Notes: generated by a model from the sequence alone, not told the origin. DNA of 27,074 nucleotides from Candidatus Bathyarchaeia archaeon (GCA_038883855.1 JAVZLH010000015.1:1-27074), one strand, 5' to 3'; positions 17,718 through 27,074 are shown, numbered from the stretch's first letter. Made by a program: numbers and translations.

Positions 17718-18155
17718 ATGGTTAGAGAAGTTGACAAAGATGAAATTCGCCGATGGCGCAAAAGAGGGTTCTACAGCGAAAACGTACTTGTCAAACTTCT
17801 CGGGAAATACGGTTACAAAGCGGTGCGCGTCCCCGTTAGCAACCCAAGCCTAAACCCGCTTCCAGACGTAATAGCAAGAAAAGAAGCACACATCTACGCT
17901 TTTGAAGTTAAAAACGCCAGTTACTACGCTTATTTTCCTAAACAACAAATGGAGAAACTCTTCAGGTTTCTAGAGGAACTTATCCCCTTGGACAAGGAGT
18001 ATAAGCACGCTGTCCTCGCGGCTCACCTAGGCAAGAGATGGATTTTCAAAGAAATTTCCTGGAAGGAATGGGAAAAGGGCAGTCTTCCTGAAAAGGCAAG
18101 AATTCTAAAAAGGGATAGAGGAAACTTCAACCCGCAACAAAGGGGTCTAACTTAG
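17718..18155 (+). CDS. Holliday junction resolvase-like PD-(D/E)xK nuclease (Hjc/Hje family)
   Basis: RKRGFYSENVLVKLL...GY..VR, PDVIA, AFEVK and QMEKL..F match the Hjc pattern. Confidence 0.78.
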   Translation: MVREVDKDEIRRWRKRGFYSENVLVKLLGKYGYKAVRVPVSNPSLNPLPDVIARKEAHIYAFEVKNASYYAYFPKQQMEKLFRFLEELIPLDKEYKHAVLAAHLGKRWIFKEISWKEWEKGSLPEKARILKRDRGNFNPQQRGLT

Positions 18156-18843
18156 ATGAAGGGTACGAATTTTGCAGTTCTTGCTTCCAGTTTACGCAAA
18201 GAATATGAAGTTGGAGACATAAAGATCGAAGCACTAAAAAACGTGAATCTTGAAATCAAAAATGGCGAGTTTGCGGCCGTAAGCGGTCCTTCTGGTTCTG
18301 GAAAAACGTCGCTCTTAAATATTATCGGAGGAATTGACAAGCCCACAAGCGGTAAAATCTTCGTTTTCGGAGAAGATTTGGGCGTCAAAGATGAGGATTT
18401 TTTGGCAGAGTTCAGATGCAAAAAGTCGGGTTCGTCTTCCAATCCTACAATCTCATCTCCACGTTAACGGTTGCGGAAAACATAGCCTTCCCAATGGAGT
18501 GGACGCGGAAGTCGGAGGAACAAATAACAAAGCGGGTTGAGGAACTGCTGGAACTTGTAGGTTTACAGCACAGAGCAAATCATTTTCCATCGCAGCTCAG
18601 CGGCGGCGAACAGCAACATGTGGCCTTTGCAAGGGCGCTGGCAAACGACCCCATCTACTTTTAGCTGATGAACCAACGGGAAACCTTGATGCAAAAATAA
18701 GTCAGAAGATTGTTGAAATACTCATTAAGTTAAAAGACGTTGGAAAAACAGTTATTGTTGCAACTCATGATGCTCAGATAATTCAGTTGGCGAATAAAAA
18801 GTTGCTTTTGGAAGATGGTAGGCTGGTTAGCCTAAATGAGTGA
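18156..18843 (+). pseudogene. ABC exporter ATP-binding subunit (LolD/MacB type) with two frameshifts
   Basis: GPSGSGKT; shift at the A5 run 18420-18424 into VGFVFQSYNL...LSGGEQQH; second shift at about 18655 into LADEPTGNLD...VATHD...LEDGRL; stop TGA 18841-18843. Confidence 0.88.
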
Positions 18844-20688
18844 AACCTTTTTCCAGTAAACGATTTGCTGCGGAGGAAATTGCAGACAAGCCTCGCCATA
18901 ATCAGCTTAACATTATGTGTAGCATCAAGCACTTTTCTATTTTTTTGGAGAAAAACTGGGGTTCGGAATTTTCACGAGAACAGAAAACATATTGACGGCG
19001 AGTTTTTCAAAAATTTTCTTACAATTCATGTACTTCATAGGAGCCTTAATTTTCATTGTTGGAGTTGTAATTGTTTCCTTTACGGCTTTTGTCATGATGT
19101 CTCAACGAACCAGAGATATTGGTTTAATGAAGGCAGCTGGATGCCCCAACAACCTCATTTTCGGCTATTTCCTAACCGAACTCTTAATAATGGCTTTTCT
19201 CAGCTGCCTCTTCGGCGTGCTCCTTGGAGTTTTAGCTGATTTTGCTTCAGCAAGCTTGCTGGGCAATTTTGGAACGCAAGTGCCCCAAACATTAGTTGAT
19301 GTTTGGCTTCTTGTTCAGGTCTTCCTGCTGTTTTTTGTTCTTGCAATGATTTTCGGCTTGAAACCAGTTCTTGACGCAACAAAAATCGAGCCGGCCAAAA
19401 CCATCTCGCCAACACAATATTTCGGGTTAACGAAAGCTCCAGAGTTTAAGGCGATTAAAAAGAGTTTGGTGGTTAAGATTGCCTCGAGAAGTTTGTTTCG
19501 CCGCAAGTCGGCAACAATTCGAATAGTTCTTTGCCTAACCGTGGTTTTCATTTTAGCAACGATTACTATCACAGGCGGAATAATCGCCGACCAAACCACG
19601 AAGAACTGGGTTGAAAAGGCTGTTGGCAGAGACACGTTGCTCATTGGACATCGTGAAGTATGCAGCCAGTACAAGCTTCTTTTATCAAAATTTTATGAAA
19701 ACAAGGCGGTTCCGCAGTTTACTTACACTGATGAAAAGTATTTGATGCCCTAAACTCTTCTAAACAAGCTAAGCCTAATGCATGAAAACATAACCATCGA
19801 ACAAAGGCTAATTTTGCAAGCGCACGTTAAAGAAGTTCAAGGCTACATCCTTAGCGAAACGACTGGCGGAACCAGAGAGGTTAGTGATAACCGAGAAGGC
19901 GAATCAATAATAGTCGGCGTTGAACCAGAAAGGGTCTTAAACGAATGGTTTTATGAAGGAAAATTTCTAGGAAACAATGGGGCTTATGAAGCGTTCATTG
20001 GGGACTCTCTAGCTGAAAAATGTTTGAATTACCGCTATACCAGAAAATAATGCTTTTTAACACAAGCCTAAAAATAGTCGGCGTCTGTCTAGACCCGATA
20101 AACAACGGAAATATAACATATATTCCTCTAAAAACCTTACAGACCATAACTGGAATCCCTAAACCAAATCTCCTCATGGCAAAAATAACATCAGCTAACC
20201 GCACAGAAGTTCTGAACAATTTATTAGAGATTGTGAAAGACGCAAACTCCGACTTTGAAGTTGCCGAACTCAACGAAATATTAAACGAAAATTTGGGTTT
20301 TTTGGGCTTTATTTGGTATGCAATAATGTTTCTGCCTATATTCTCTCTGACATCAGCGGCTCTATGTTTGACAGGCTACGTGATGCTAACCATCACTGAA
20401 CAGAAACAGGAATTTGGAATTTTGAGGGTTTTGGGAGCTAAACAAAAAACCGTTTTAAGCATAGTCGCCCTGCAAAGCCTAATAGTTTTGCTTTCAAGCT
20501 ACGCCGTTGGAATAGAACTGGGCGTAATCATAACTTTGCTAATTCTGATTCCAGAGCCTGTGGTCACAAGCTTCACTATCATACAGATAACAGGATGGCT
20601 CTTAAGCGCATTGACCATCATCTTCACCTTCAGCCTTTACCCAAGCATAAGATTCATGAAAAAGCCGTTGAGGGAATTAATCTCCTAA
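18836..20688 (+). pseudogene. ABC exporter permease (FtsX/MacB type, two permease repeats), disrupted
   Basis: ATG 18836 overlaps the ATPase end; frameshifts at about 18850, 18945 (T7) and 20018 (A5); in-frame TAA 19751-19753. Motifs RTRDIGLMKAAG and QEFGILRVLGA. Confidence 0.85.
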
Positions 20689-20750
20689 AATTGAAGCGAA
20701 AAATTAAAAAATTTAATTTCATTTTTGAAGGATGCTCAAGGTGACGTTTC

Positions 20751-21020
20751 ATGGCTCAGCAAGTTCAAGGAGTAATAATCAACTATCGAGTTGGACCTAA
20801 AACTCAGAAATCTAAGGAATGCATAATCCATTTTCCACATGTGAACTCTGCTTCTGAAGCGAGCAAGCTCATTGGGAGAAAAGTGGCTTGGCAATGTGGA
20901 AAAAACAAGATTATCGGAAAAATTGTGGATTTACATGGCAAAAAAGGCTTGGTTAGGGCAAGATTTAGGAAGGGGGTTCCCGGTCAAGCTTTGGGAAAAC
21001 CTGTGGAGTTAGTTGGCTAA
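20751..21020 (+). CDS. rpl35ae: 50S ribosomal protein L35Ae (eL33)
   Basis: NYRVG.KTQ, LIGRKV, GKIV..HGKKG.VRARF..G.PGQALG; GGTGA RBS. Confidence 0.95.
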   Translation: MAQQVQGVIINYRVGPKTQKSKECIIHFPHVNSASEASKLIGRKVAWQCGKNKIIGKIVDLHGKKGLVRARFRKGVPGQALGKPVELVG

Positions 21021-21702
21021 ACTGTTTTATGAAGTGTTTAAGGGAGTCTATCTGGGCTGGAAGTTGACTTAGGAAATCTTGAAATTGAAGGATTGGAACC
21101 ACTGGTACGTCATCGCAAAACTTGAATCTGCTTGGGACAAGAGTCAATACTGCTGGAACAAACTTAACAATATTCCACGAGGCGCATTCTATTTTAACAG
21201 AAGGATTTGGAAGAAACTCAAATAGAGCCTTTGTTCTCTCCACTTGCTCTTCAACTATTCGCTTCAATGTAGAGGGGTGCATTCCTCGGCTCCAGTGTTT
21301 ACAGTCTAGGCATAGGGCTATGGGCTTTCTGCACGCAACTACATCTATTTCCCACTTCCGTCCTGCATTCTTAAACCGCAGATTCTTCGCAACAGAATAA
21401 GCGTTGTGTGACAAAGCCGTGGCAACTATATCCTCGAATTCTTGCCATGAAAGGAAACTGCTTACATGTTCAAGGTCAGCGCCTAAACTTATGGTTTTAA
21501 CAGCTAATTTTAAACGTTGCATGCTGTTCGCTTCTATTATGCCTCTATTAAGATTAATCAAACCATCAGTTTGTAATTTTTTAAGCAATTTTTCAGAATA
21601 CTGCGAGGGACATATCTGCAATTTTTTGATTGTTTCCTGTGAAAAAGGTCCGTTTTTTGTCATTTTCAAGATTGCAATAAGCAGATTTGTTTCAACATTC
21701 AT
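20965..21702 (-). CDS. wHTH + Mrr/NERD-like PD-(D/E)xK endonuclease domain protein
   Basis: LSWQEFE..VA..L...Y, WEIDVVA and LDCKHW motifs; 56-bp convergent overlap with rpl35ae. Confidence 0.75.
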   Translation of the reverse strand: MNVETNLLIAILKMTKNGPFSQETIKKLQICPSQYSEKLLKKLQTDGLINLNRGIIEANSMQRLKLAVKTISLGADLEHVSSFLSWQEFEDIVATALSHNAYSVAKNLRFKNAGRKWEIDVVACRKPIALCLDCKHWSRGMHPSTLKRIVEEQVERTKALFEFLPNPSVKIECASWNIVKFVPAVLTLVPSRFKFCDDVPVVPILQFQDFLSQLPAQIDSLKHFIKQFSQLTPQVFPKLDREPPS

Positions 21703-21809
21703 TCATAAAACACCTTTTTGTGACAGGAAAAATGTTAAAAATAAAACTTAATAATGGATTACTTAAAAGGTTTATTGTGAAGAAGTTTCCAGCAAAGAAT
21801 TCTCTTTTG

Positions 21810-22205
21810 TTAATCGTGGGGTTGACATGTTGCACATTTGCCTTCGCGTTCTTTTAATGTTGGAAGGTCTTTCGAGTGTAGGTCGCAAATCATTCCTTCA
21901 GACCTAATAGCCATGCAAATTTCGCAAAGTTCCTCCATAACTTTTTCTGTGGGCACGTCTGCTCTTGCAATATTTTCGGCAAGCTTCGAAATCATTTCCA
22001 TTGTTTTTTCGGAACGCGTTAGCTGGTTAACGGCGAATGAACCGCGCTCTCCTTTAATATATTGGGTTATTGCAGCGGGCGTTAACTCCATTTTTTCGGA
22101 AACATCGATTTTGCGCATTCCATGCTTTTCCACCAGCTCTTTCATGACGAGCGCTCTTATTGCAGGAAGTAGATATTTAACGACAACCACACATGGAGGC
22201 TTCAA
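21810..22205 (-). CDS. Cys-rich HTH transcriptional regulator (COG2522-like)
   Basis: PC.....LLPAIRA...KELVEKHGM....VS..M.LTPAAITQY.KG.RG HTH; CEIC, IC.LH and C..C in the C-terminal half. Confidence 0.85.
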   Translation of the reverse strand: MKPPCVVVVKYLLPAIRALVMKELVEKHGMRKIDVSEKMELTPAAITQYIKGERGSFAVNQLTRSEKTMEMISKLAENIARADVPTEKVMEELCEICMAIRSEGMICDLHSKDLPTLKEREGKCATCQPHD

Positions 22206-22238
22206 CTATATTCCTCTAGATATTTCTTAGCGTAGAGC

Positions 22239-22283
22239 TTATATATTTGTTTAACGGCGTTAAATATGTTTAACGCCGTTAAA
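22239..22283. promoter_or_regulatory. TATA box followed by tandem palindromic operator pair
   Basis: TTATATAT (22239-22246), then TTTAACGGCGTTAAA (22250-22264), TATG, and TTTAACGCCGTTAAA (22269-22283). Confidence 0.8.
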
Positions 22284-22292
22284 GGAATCAAA

Positions 22293-24026
22293 ATGATCCA
22301 AACAGAAATAAAACTCGCCGACCTAGACGTGCTGCGACCACATGAAGAAGTCGACCGCGAACATCTGAAAGAACTCACACAAAAGATAGCCTCAGACAAA
22401 ATTCTGAAATTCGCAATAGTTGCAGACAAAAACACAAATGTGGTGCTTGACGGTGAACACCGTTTCAGCGCCTTGAAAAGTTTGGGATGCAAAAAGATTC
22501 CTGTGGTTTACGTGGATTATAACTCACCTGATATAGTGGTGCAAAGTTGGAGAGATAACCAGAAGGTAACGAAAAAAGATGTTATAGAAGCAGGTTTAAG
22601 CGGCAAACAGCTTCCGGCAAAAACAAGCAGACATATGGTGAAGGTGAACGGGGATTTGGCGCACATTTTTGTGCTTGAAAAAAGAGTTGACATTCCAATT
22701 GAAGTGTTAAAAAGTGAACCTCAACTGGTAGACATAAAAAGCGTTAAGCCAGCGATGCAAGAAGATTTTAAGGAAGTCTTACAGCTTTACTCTAAAATCC
22801 TGGACTCCAATATTGTTGAGAATCCGCTAATAATAGACAAGGGAACGCACATTTTATTGGATGGTTATGAAACTTATTATGCACTTAAACTTCTATCCGC
22901 GAACAAAGTGCCAGTCTTCACAGTTGACATCTCAAAAGTGGAAATAAGATCACTGCAAAACGGTCTCAGTACAATTACAAAGGAAAAGGTAATAGAAGCT
23001 GGGCTTAATGGACCAAAACTTCCTCCAAAAAGCTTTAAGGTGTTGAATGAGCCTATTCAAATAAGTGTCTCTCTAAAGGATCTGCTTGCACAAAAAGATG
23101 AGCGCAAAAATAACTTAAAAGTTTACAACAGCACGTTAGAACTGCTTTTTGAAGGGTGGCCAACCCCACTGGTAAAGTTAAATTCGGTTTCAAATGATAA
23201 ACTGAGCGTTTGGGCTAAGCTGGAAGGATACAACCCATTCAGCAACAGCGTTAAGGATAGGATTGGCTTTTCCATGATTATGGAAGCAAAAGAAAGGGGA
23301 AACCTGAAGGAAATATTGTATGAAGCTACTTCCACAAACACTGGAATAGCCCTAACATCCATAGCAAACATTTTGGGAGTGAAGACGAAACTCTACATAC
23401 CGAAAACAATACAAAAAGTAAGCGACATATACCTTGAGGTTTTAGGCGCCGAGGTTGTGAGGCTTCCAGTGGGCTTAACCGTAGAAGCCATTGGACAAGT
23501 GGAAAAAGAAGCGAAAAAGGACGGAGCTGCCCATTTAAACCAGTTTGAAAACGACGCAAACTTCAAAATACATTTGAAGCATACCGCAAGAGAAATTGAC
23601 GAGCAACTGGAAAGTTTAGATTTAAAGCCCTCATGCATAATAGGCGGTTTGGGAACATCAGGGCACATGAGCGCCATATCTTTCTATTTCAAGAACAAGT
23701 ACAAAAACAACATTAAAATAGTCGGGGTTCAACCAGCACCAAACGAGGTTATTCCAGGAATAAGAAGAGTAGAGACGGGGATGAAATGGTATCATTGGGT
23801 CCACTTCGACAAAATCATTAACGTTACACAGAGGGAAGCCATAGAAGGCGCCATTCAAATCGCGAGAAAAGAGGGCATTCTAGTTGGGTTAAGCGCTGGT
23901 GCAGTTTTCAGCGCGTTCAACAAAATCAAGGAAGAAGAGGGAGTCTGCGTGCTAGTTTTTCCAGACACTGGTTACAAGTATGCAGAACAGTTTGAAAACT
24001 ACTTTGCAAATGCAGCAGAAAAGTAA
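22293..24026 (+). CDS. Fusion: SerK/SbnI-like ParB-fold serine kinase + degenerate second ParB/SerK repeat + PLP-dependent O-phosphoserine sulfhydrylase (CysO/CysK family)
   Basis: Domain 1: PHE, LDGEHR, VDY...SW, LPAKTSRH. Domain 2 repeats LDG...ITKEKVIEAGL.GP.LPPK without PHE/HR. Domain 3: PTPLV, KLEGYNPFSNSVKDR, NQF.NDANF..H..TAREI, LGTSGHMSA, IPGIRRVETGM. ATG 22293 is preferred because ATG 22266 lies inside the operator. Confidence 0.88.
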   Translation: MIQTEIKLADLDVLRPHEEVDREHLKELTQKIASDKILKFAIVADKNTNVVLDGEHRFSALKSLGCKKIPVVYVDYNSPDIVVQSWRDNQKVTKKDVIEAGLSGKQLPAKTSRHMVKVNGDLAHIFVLEKRVDIPIEVLKSEPQLVDIKSVKPAMQEDFKEVLQLYSKILDSNIVENPLIIDKGTHILLDGYETYYALKLLSANKVPVFTVDISKVEIRSLQNGLSTITKEKVIEAGLNGPKLPPKSFKVLNEPIQISVSLKDLLAQKDERKNNLKVYNSTLELLFEGWPTPLVKLNSVSNDKLSVWAKLEGYNPFSNSVKDRIGFSMIMEAKERGNLKEILYEATSTNTGIALTSIANILGVKTKLYIPKTIQKVSDIYLEVLGAEVVRLPVGLTVEAIGQVEKEAKKDGAAHLNQFENDANFKIHLKHTAREIDEQLESLDLKPSCIIGGLGTSGHMSAISFYFKNKYKNNIKIVGVQPAPNEVIPGIRRVETGMKWYHWVHFDKIINVTQREAIEGAIQIARKEGILVGLSAGAVFSAFNKIKEEEGVCVLVFPDTGYKYAEQFENYFANAAEK

Positions 24027-24220
24027 GCATTGACGCTCCTGAAACCAAAAGAAAACTCTTCTTTACTGAAATTTAATGCCCCATTGCCCACTTTCGCTTG
24101 CCTAAAGGCTTACTTTAAAAAAGAAGGATTAAGGCAATTTAAGACCTTAACGTTTAGTCCTTAGATATTTTTTGATAAGATATTTTCGAGCCTCTTTTTC
24201 AAAAGCTTCTGTCCAACCAT

Positions 24221-25000
24221 CTATAAATTGCTCATCAGGGGTATTCCATGCGCTGTTAATAAGTGTTCAACAATCTCGCCAACATTGTAGGTTTTGATGT
24301 TCCTATGAGCTTCTCCCCCGCAATTACAGAGAAAAACCTTGCGACTTTTATCATAAATTGCATGACAATGTAATACGTCTCTTTCCCAATCTGCAGGGAA
24401 ATCAATCAGGTGAATATGCGCTCCTATGCCGCAACCTGTTCTGACGAAAGTTTTTAATTCCAAGATATATGGTTCAACTTTTAAGGTCTCGCAAGCTTTT
24501 TCTACCATTTCTCTGGATTTATCAATAACAACAATCACACAAGGATTTTCGGAGTACTCTGATATAAGTTGCGATATATAGTCATGCAAATCTTTAGAAC
24601 CTAACTCCTTTTTTATCTGAGATTCGATAACTACATCGCTTTTTATATATGAATATAATGTATCCGCAACTATTTTTTGATTTTTAGCGTCTCCGATATT
24701 ATTAATGAATCTGGTTACTTGCTCAACAATATGCCCGTATAAATCATGGGTTGACAACTCGATCTCCACAATCCAAAATATGTTATTTAAGAAATCAATT
24801 AAATAACCGTCTGGTTCTGACGTAATCTCACTTTCCGATGACATCCTGCTGTCTAAATCAGAGTATATTGAGCCTTCTCCGAAGATTTCTTTTGAATGTT
24901 CTTTTACGATTTCTTCGAGTTCTTTTTCACTTTCATAATCCATTAATTCGTATTTTGTGCCATTAACCAGAATAATACTTGCCCTATCATTTTTTCCCAT
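24221..25000 (-). CDS. AT-rich hypothetical protein with PD-(D/E)xK-like nuclease domain and possible C-terminal zinc finger
   Basis: ESEKELE.....H...IFG, PDGYLID, WIVEIEL..H....HI..Q motifs; C-terminal CNCG...HLLTAH. Confidence 0.65.
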   Translation of the reverse strand: MGKNDRASIILVNGTKYELMDYESEKELEEIVKEHSKEIFGEGSIYSDLDSRMSSESEITSEPDGYLIDFLNNIFWIVEIELSTHDLYGHIVEQVTRFINNIGDAKNQKIVADTLYSYIKSDVVIESQIKKELGSKDLHDYISQLISEYSENPCVIVVIDKSREMVEKACETLKVEPYILELKTFVRTGCGIGAHIHLIDFPADWERDVLHCHAIYDKSRKVFLCNCGGEAHRNIKTYNVGEIVEHLLTAHGIPLMSNL

Positions 25001-25289
25001 GCTATCACAAAAAGGCTATATCATGTGTTTTCAATAATAAAATTTCTGTACATAATACGCAATTGAGTGCATTCTCCTTTTGAAAGACTTTGCACTTTTC
25101 CGAATTGTGGTTGACGCTTTGAGTTCAGGATTTTAAAAACTCCACCTCTCTTTCCCATCTACTTATCATCTTCCTTTCTAGCGAATAGCTGCGCTTTAAG
25201 CACTGAAATTTAATAGCCGTCAGCAAACCAATTGTGAAAACCTATAATTAGAGCGATTCTGTAAAACTGAAACCTAAAGAGGAAAATGC

Positions 25290-26585
25290 ATGTTTGAGAA
25301 ATACATTTCGAAAACTCCAAAGTCAAAAGCTCTCTACGAACGCGCAAAAAAGGTTCTCCCAGCTGGAGTCTCTTATGGATTGAGATATTTTGAGCCTTAC
25401 CCATTCTACACGGCTAGGGCTAAGGGCAGTAAACTTTTTGACGTAGATGAAAACGAATACGTGGACTTCTGGCTTGGACATACAGCCCTCATACTGGGGC
25501 ATAGCCCACCCGCAGTTGTTGAGGCTGCTAAGAGGCAATTGGAAAGGGGCACCCACTATGGAACAGCCCACGAACTCGAAATCGAACTAGCTGAGCAAGT
25601 TGCAAAAATGGTTCCAAACGCCGAAATGATTCGCTTCACCAATTCTGGCACAGAAGCAAACATGTACGCCACGCGATTAGCCCGCGCATACACGGGAAGA
25701 AACAAAGTCGCCAAGTTTGAAGGCGGGTGGCACGGAGGCTATGATGCACTCCACGTAAGCGTAAAACACCCCTTCAACATTCCAGAATCCGCTGGCTTAA
25801 CACGCGGAGCACTCCAAGACACCATAGTTTTACCGTTCAACAACCTCGATGGAGTTAAGGCAAAACTGAAAGGCGAAGAGGTTGCAGCCATCTTCATAGA
25901 ACCAGTTTTGGGCTCAGGCGGGGCTGTTCCAGCTGAAAAGGAATTTTTGAAAGGACTTAGGGAATTCTGCGACTAAAAAGAAATTCTTCTAATATTTGAT
26001 GAAGTTATAACTGGCTTCAGATTGGCTCCCGGGGGAGCTCAACAATATTATGGTGTAAAATCGGACATAACAGTTTTAGGAAAAATATTGGGCGGAGGCT
26101 TTCCCATAGGCGCCTTTTGCGGACGCAAAGAAATAATGGAGCGGTTAGATACTACTGTTTACAAGAGGCCCCATTACTCTTTTCACGGTGGAACCTTCGC
26201 TGCAAACCCAATAACGATGACCGCTGGGTTAGCAACACTTAAGATTCTGGAAGATGGGCAGCAGATAAATCAATTGAATAAGCTCGGAGATAAAATAAGA
26301 GAACAAATCAGGGAGATTTTTGAAGCTGCTGGTTTGGATGCGCAGGTTACGGGCGCAAGTTCCCTGTTTAGCGTGCATTTTACAAGGGAAGAAGTGAAGG
26401 ATGCGTATTCCGCGTTTACGGCTGACAGAGAAAAACTTGTAGATTACCATTTAACGCTTATTGAAAATGGAGTTTTCTTCTTGCCAACTCACGCTGGAGC
26501 CTTAAGCGTCGCTCATTCTAAGGCTGACATAGAAAAACTGTTTTTGGAAACAGAAAAATACGCTAAGAAATGCAAAACAGCCTAA
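25290..26585 (+). pseudogene. hemL: Glutamate-1-semialdehyde 2,1-aminomutase-like class III aminotransferase, split by one in-frame TAA (25974-25976)
   Basis: ILGHS, RFTNSGTEA, KFEGGWHG, EPV, then C-D-*-K-E-ILLIFDEVITGFR continuing in frame to LGKILGGGFPIGA and GTFAANP. Confidence 0.85.
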
Positions 26586-27074
26586 GGCCGGAGTCTCCCA
26601 AATTCATTTTTCAGAATTTGTTCCGCCCTTTTAAGATCCATGGGCGTGTTTACGTTAAAGAACGTCATAAGCTTAGGGTCTATTTGCTGCAGCACAAGCG
26701 TGGAAACATAACGCACTCCGCGAAGCTTCTCGATCATTGAAAGCATGTTCAGTTTTCCCTCGCTTAAAGCGCTTTTTGCAGCCTTAAGCGCGGTTTCTGT
26801 GCAATAAACAGCCGGTAAAGGTTCTATGTAGCTGTTTGGCCAACGTGGGATAACTGCACTTTTATTTTTGCATAGTTCAAGCAAAAGTGAGATGACCTCT
26901 TTGGAAATGAAGGGTGTGTCGCATGGAAGAAGAAACGAATACTTTGCGCGGGTATTTTCAAAACCTGTTAGTGCTCCCACAAGGGGGCTCTGCACAGGGC
27001 TTACATCAACCAAAACCCGCACATCCGAACCCACAATTTTCAAGTAGTTTTCTGCTTGAGTCTTTGAACTGACA
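26582..27074 (-). CDS. mobA: Molybdenum cofactor guanylyltransferase (5' end outside the window)
   Basis: SPLVGALTG, LPCDTPFI, IEPL.AVY and FFNVNTP.DL motifs; frame open to the window edge. Confidence 0.88.
   Translation of the reverse strand, partial: VSSKTQAENYLKIVGSDVRVLVDVSPVQSPLVGALTGFENTRAKYSFLLPCDTPFISKEVISLLLELCKNKSAVIPRWPNSYIEPLPAVYCTETALKAAKSALSEGKLNMLSMIEKLRGVRYVSTLVLQQIDPKLMTFFNVNTPMDLKRAEQILKNEFGRLRP

Noticed and set aside
20965-21020. 56-bp convergent overlap of rpl35ae and the nuclease gene
   Set aside because: Most simply a lost stop codon with a short C-terminal extension; common in compact archaeal genomes.
19751-25976. TAA reassignment suggested by two in-frame TAA codons
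   Set aside because: TAA is the normal stop for cobO, rpl35ae, feoA, the SerK-CysO fusion and others in this window.
1-27074. CRISPR array, cas genes, transposase, rRNA
   Set aside because: No regularly spaced direct repeats or corresponding motifs were seen.

Overview
This is an archaeal chromosomal window, most likely Bathyarchaeia/TACK. That assignment is an inference from aIF2-beta, aIF1A, Rio1, Dim2, eL33/L35Ae, membrane-anchored LonB, a tRNA intron with a bulge-helix-bulge (BHB) motif, GGTGA/GAGGT ribosome-binding sites and frequent TTG/GTG starts. Core content: cobO; a translation-initiation/SSU-maturation cluster (aIF2b-DUF424 ... aIF1A-Rio1-Dim2) split by three opposite-strand genes; an intron-containing tRNA-His; a DtxR-feoA-feoB operon; yjbQ; lonB; an Hjc-like resolvase; rpl35ae; hemL with one internal stop; and a partial mobA. 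The most notable unannotated features are: (1) a triple fusion of a SerK-like serine kinase, a degenerate SerK copy and an O-phosphoserine sulfhydrylase, divergent from a Cys-rich HTH regulator, with a double-palindrome operator between them; (2) a 63-bp, 60/63-identical inverted repeat pair bracketing a 3.4-kb lonB segment, each copy carrying a TATA-like box, a dyad and GGTGA; (3) a candidate box C/D sRNA with a guide complementary to a tRNA-Leu(CAA)-type anticodon arm; and (4) local gene decay (a GNAT relic, an ABC exporter operon, hemL). All protein family calls come from motif recognition by eye; no searches were run.
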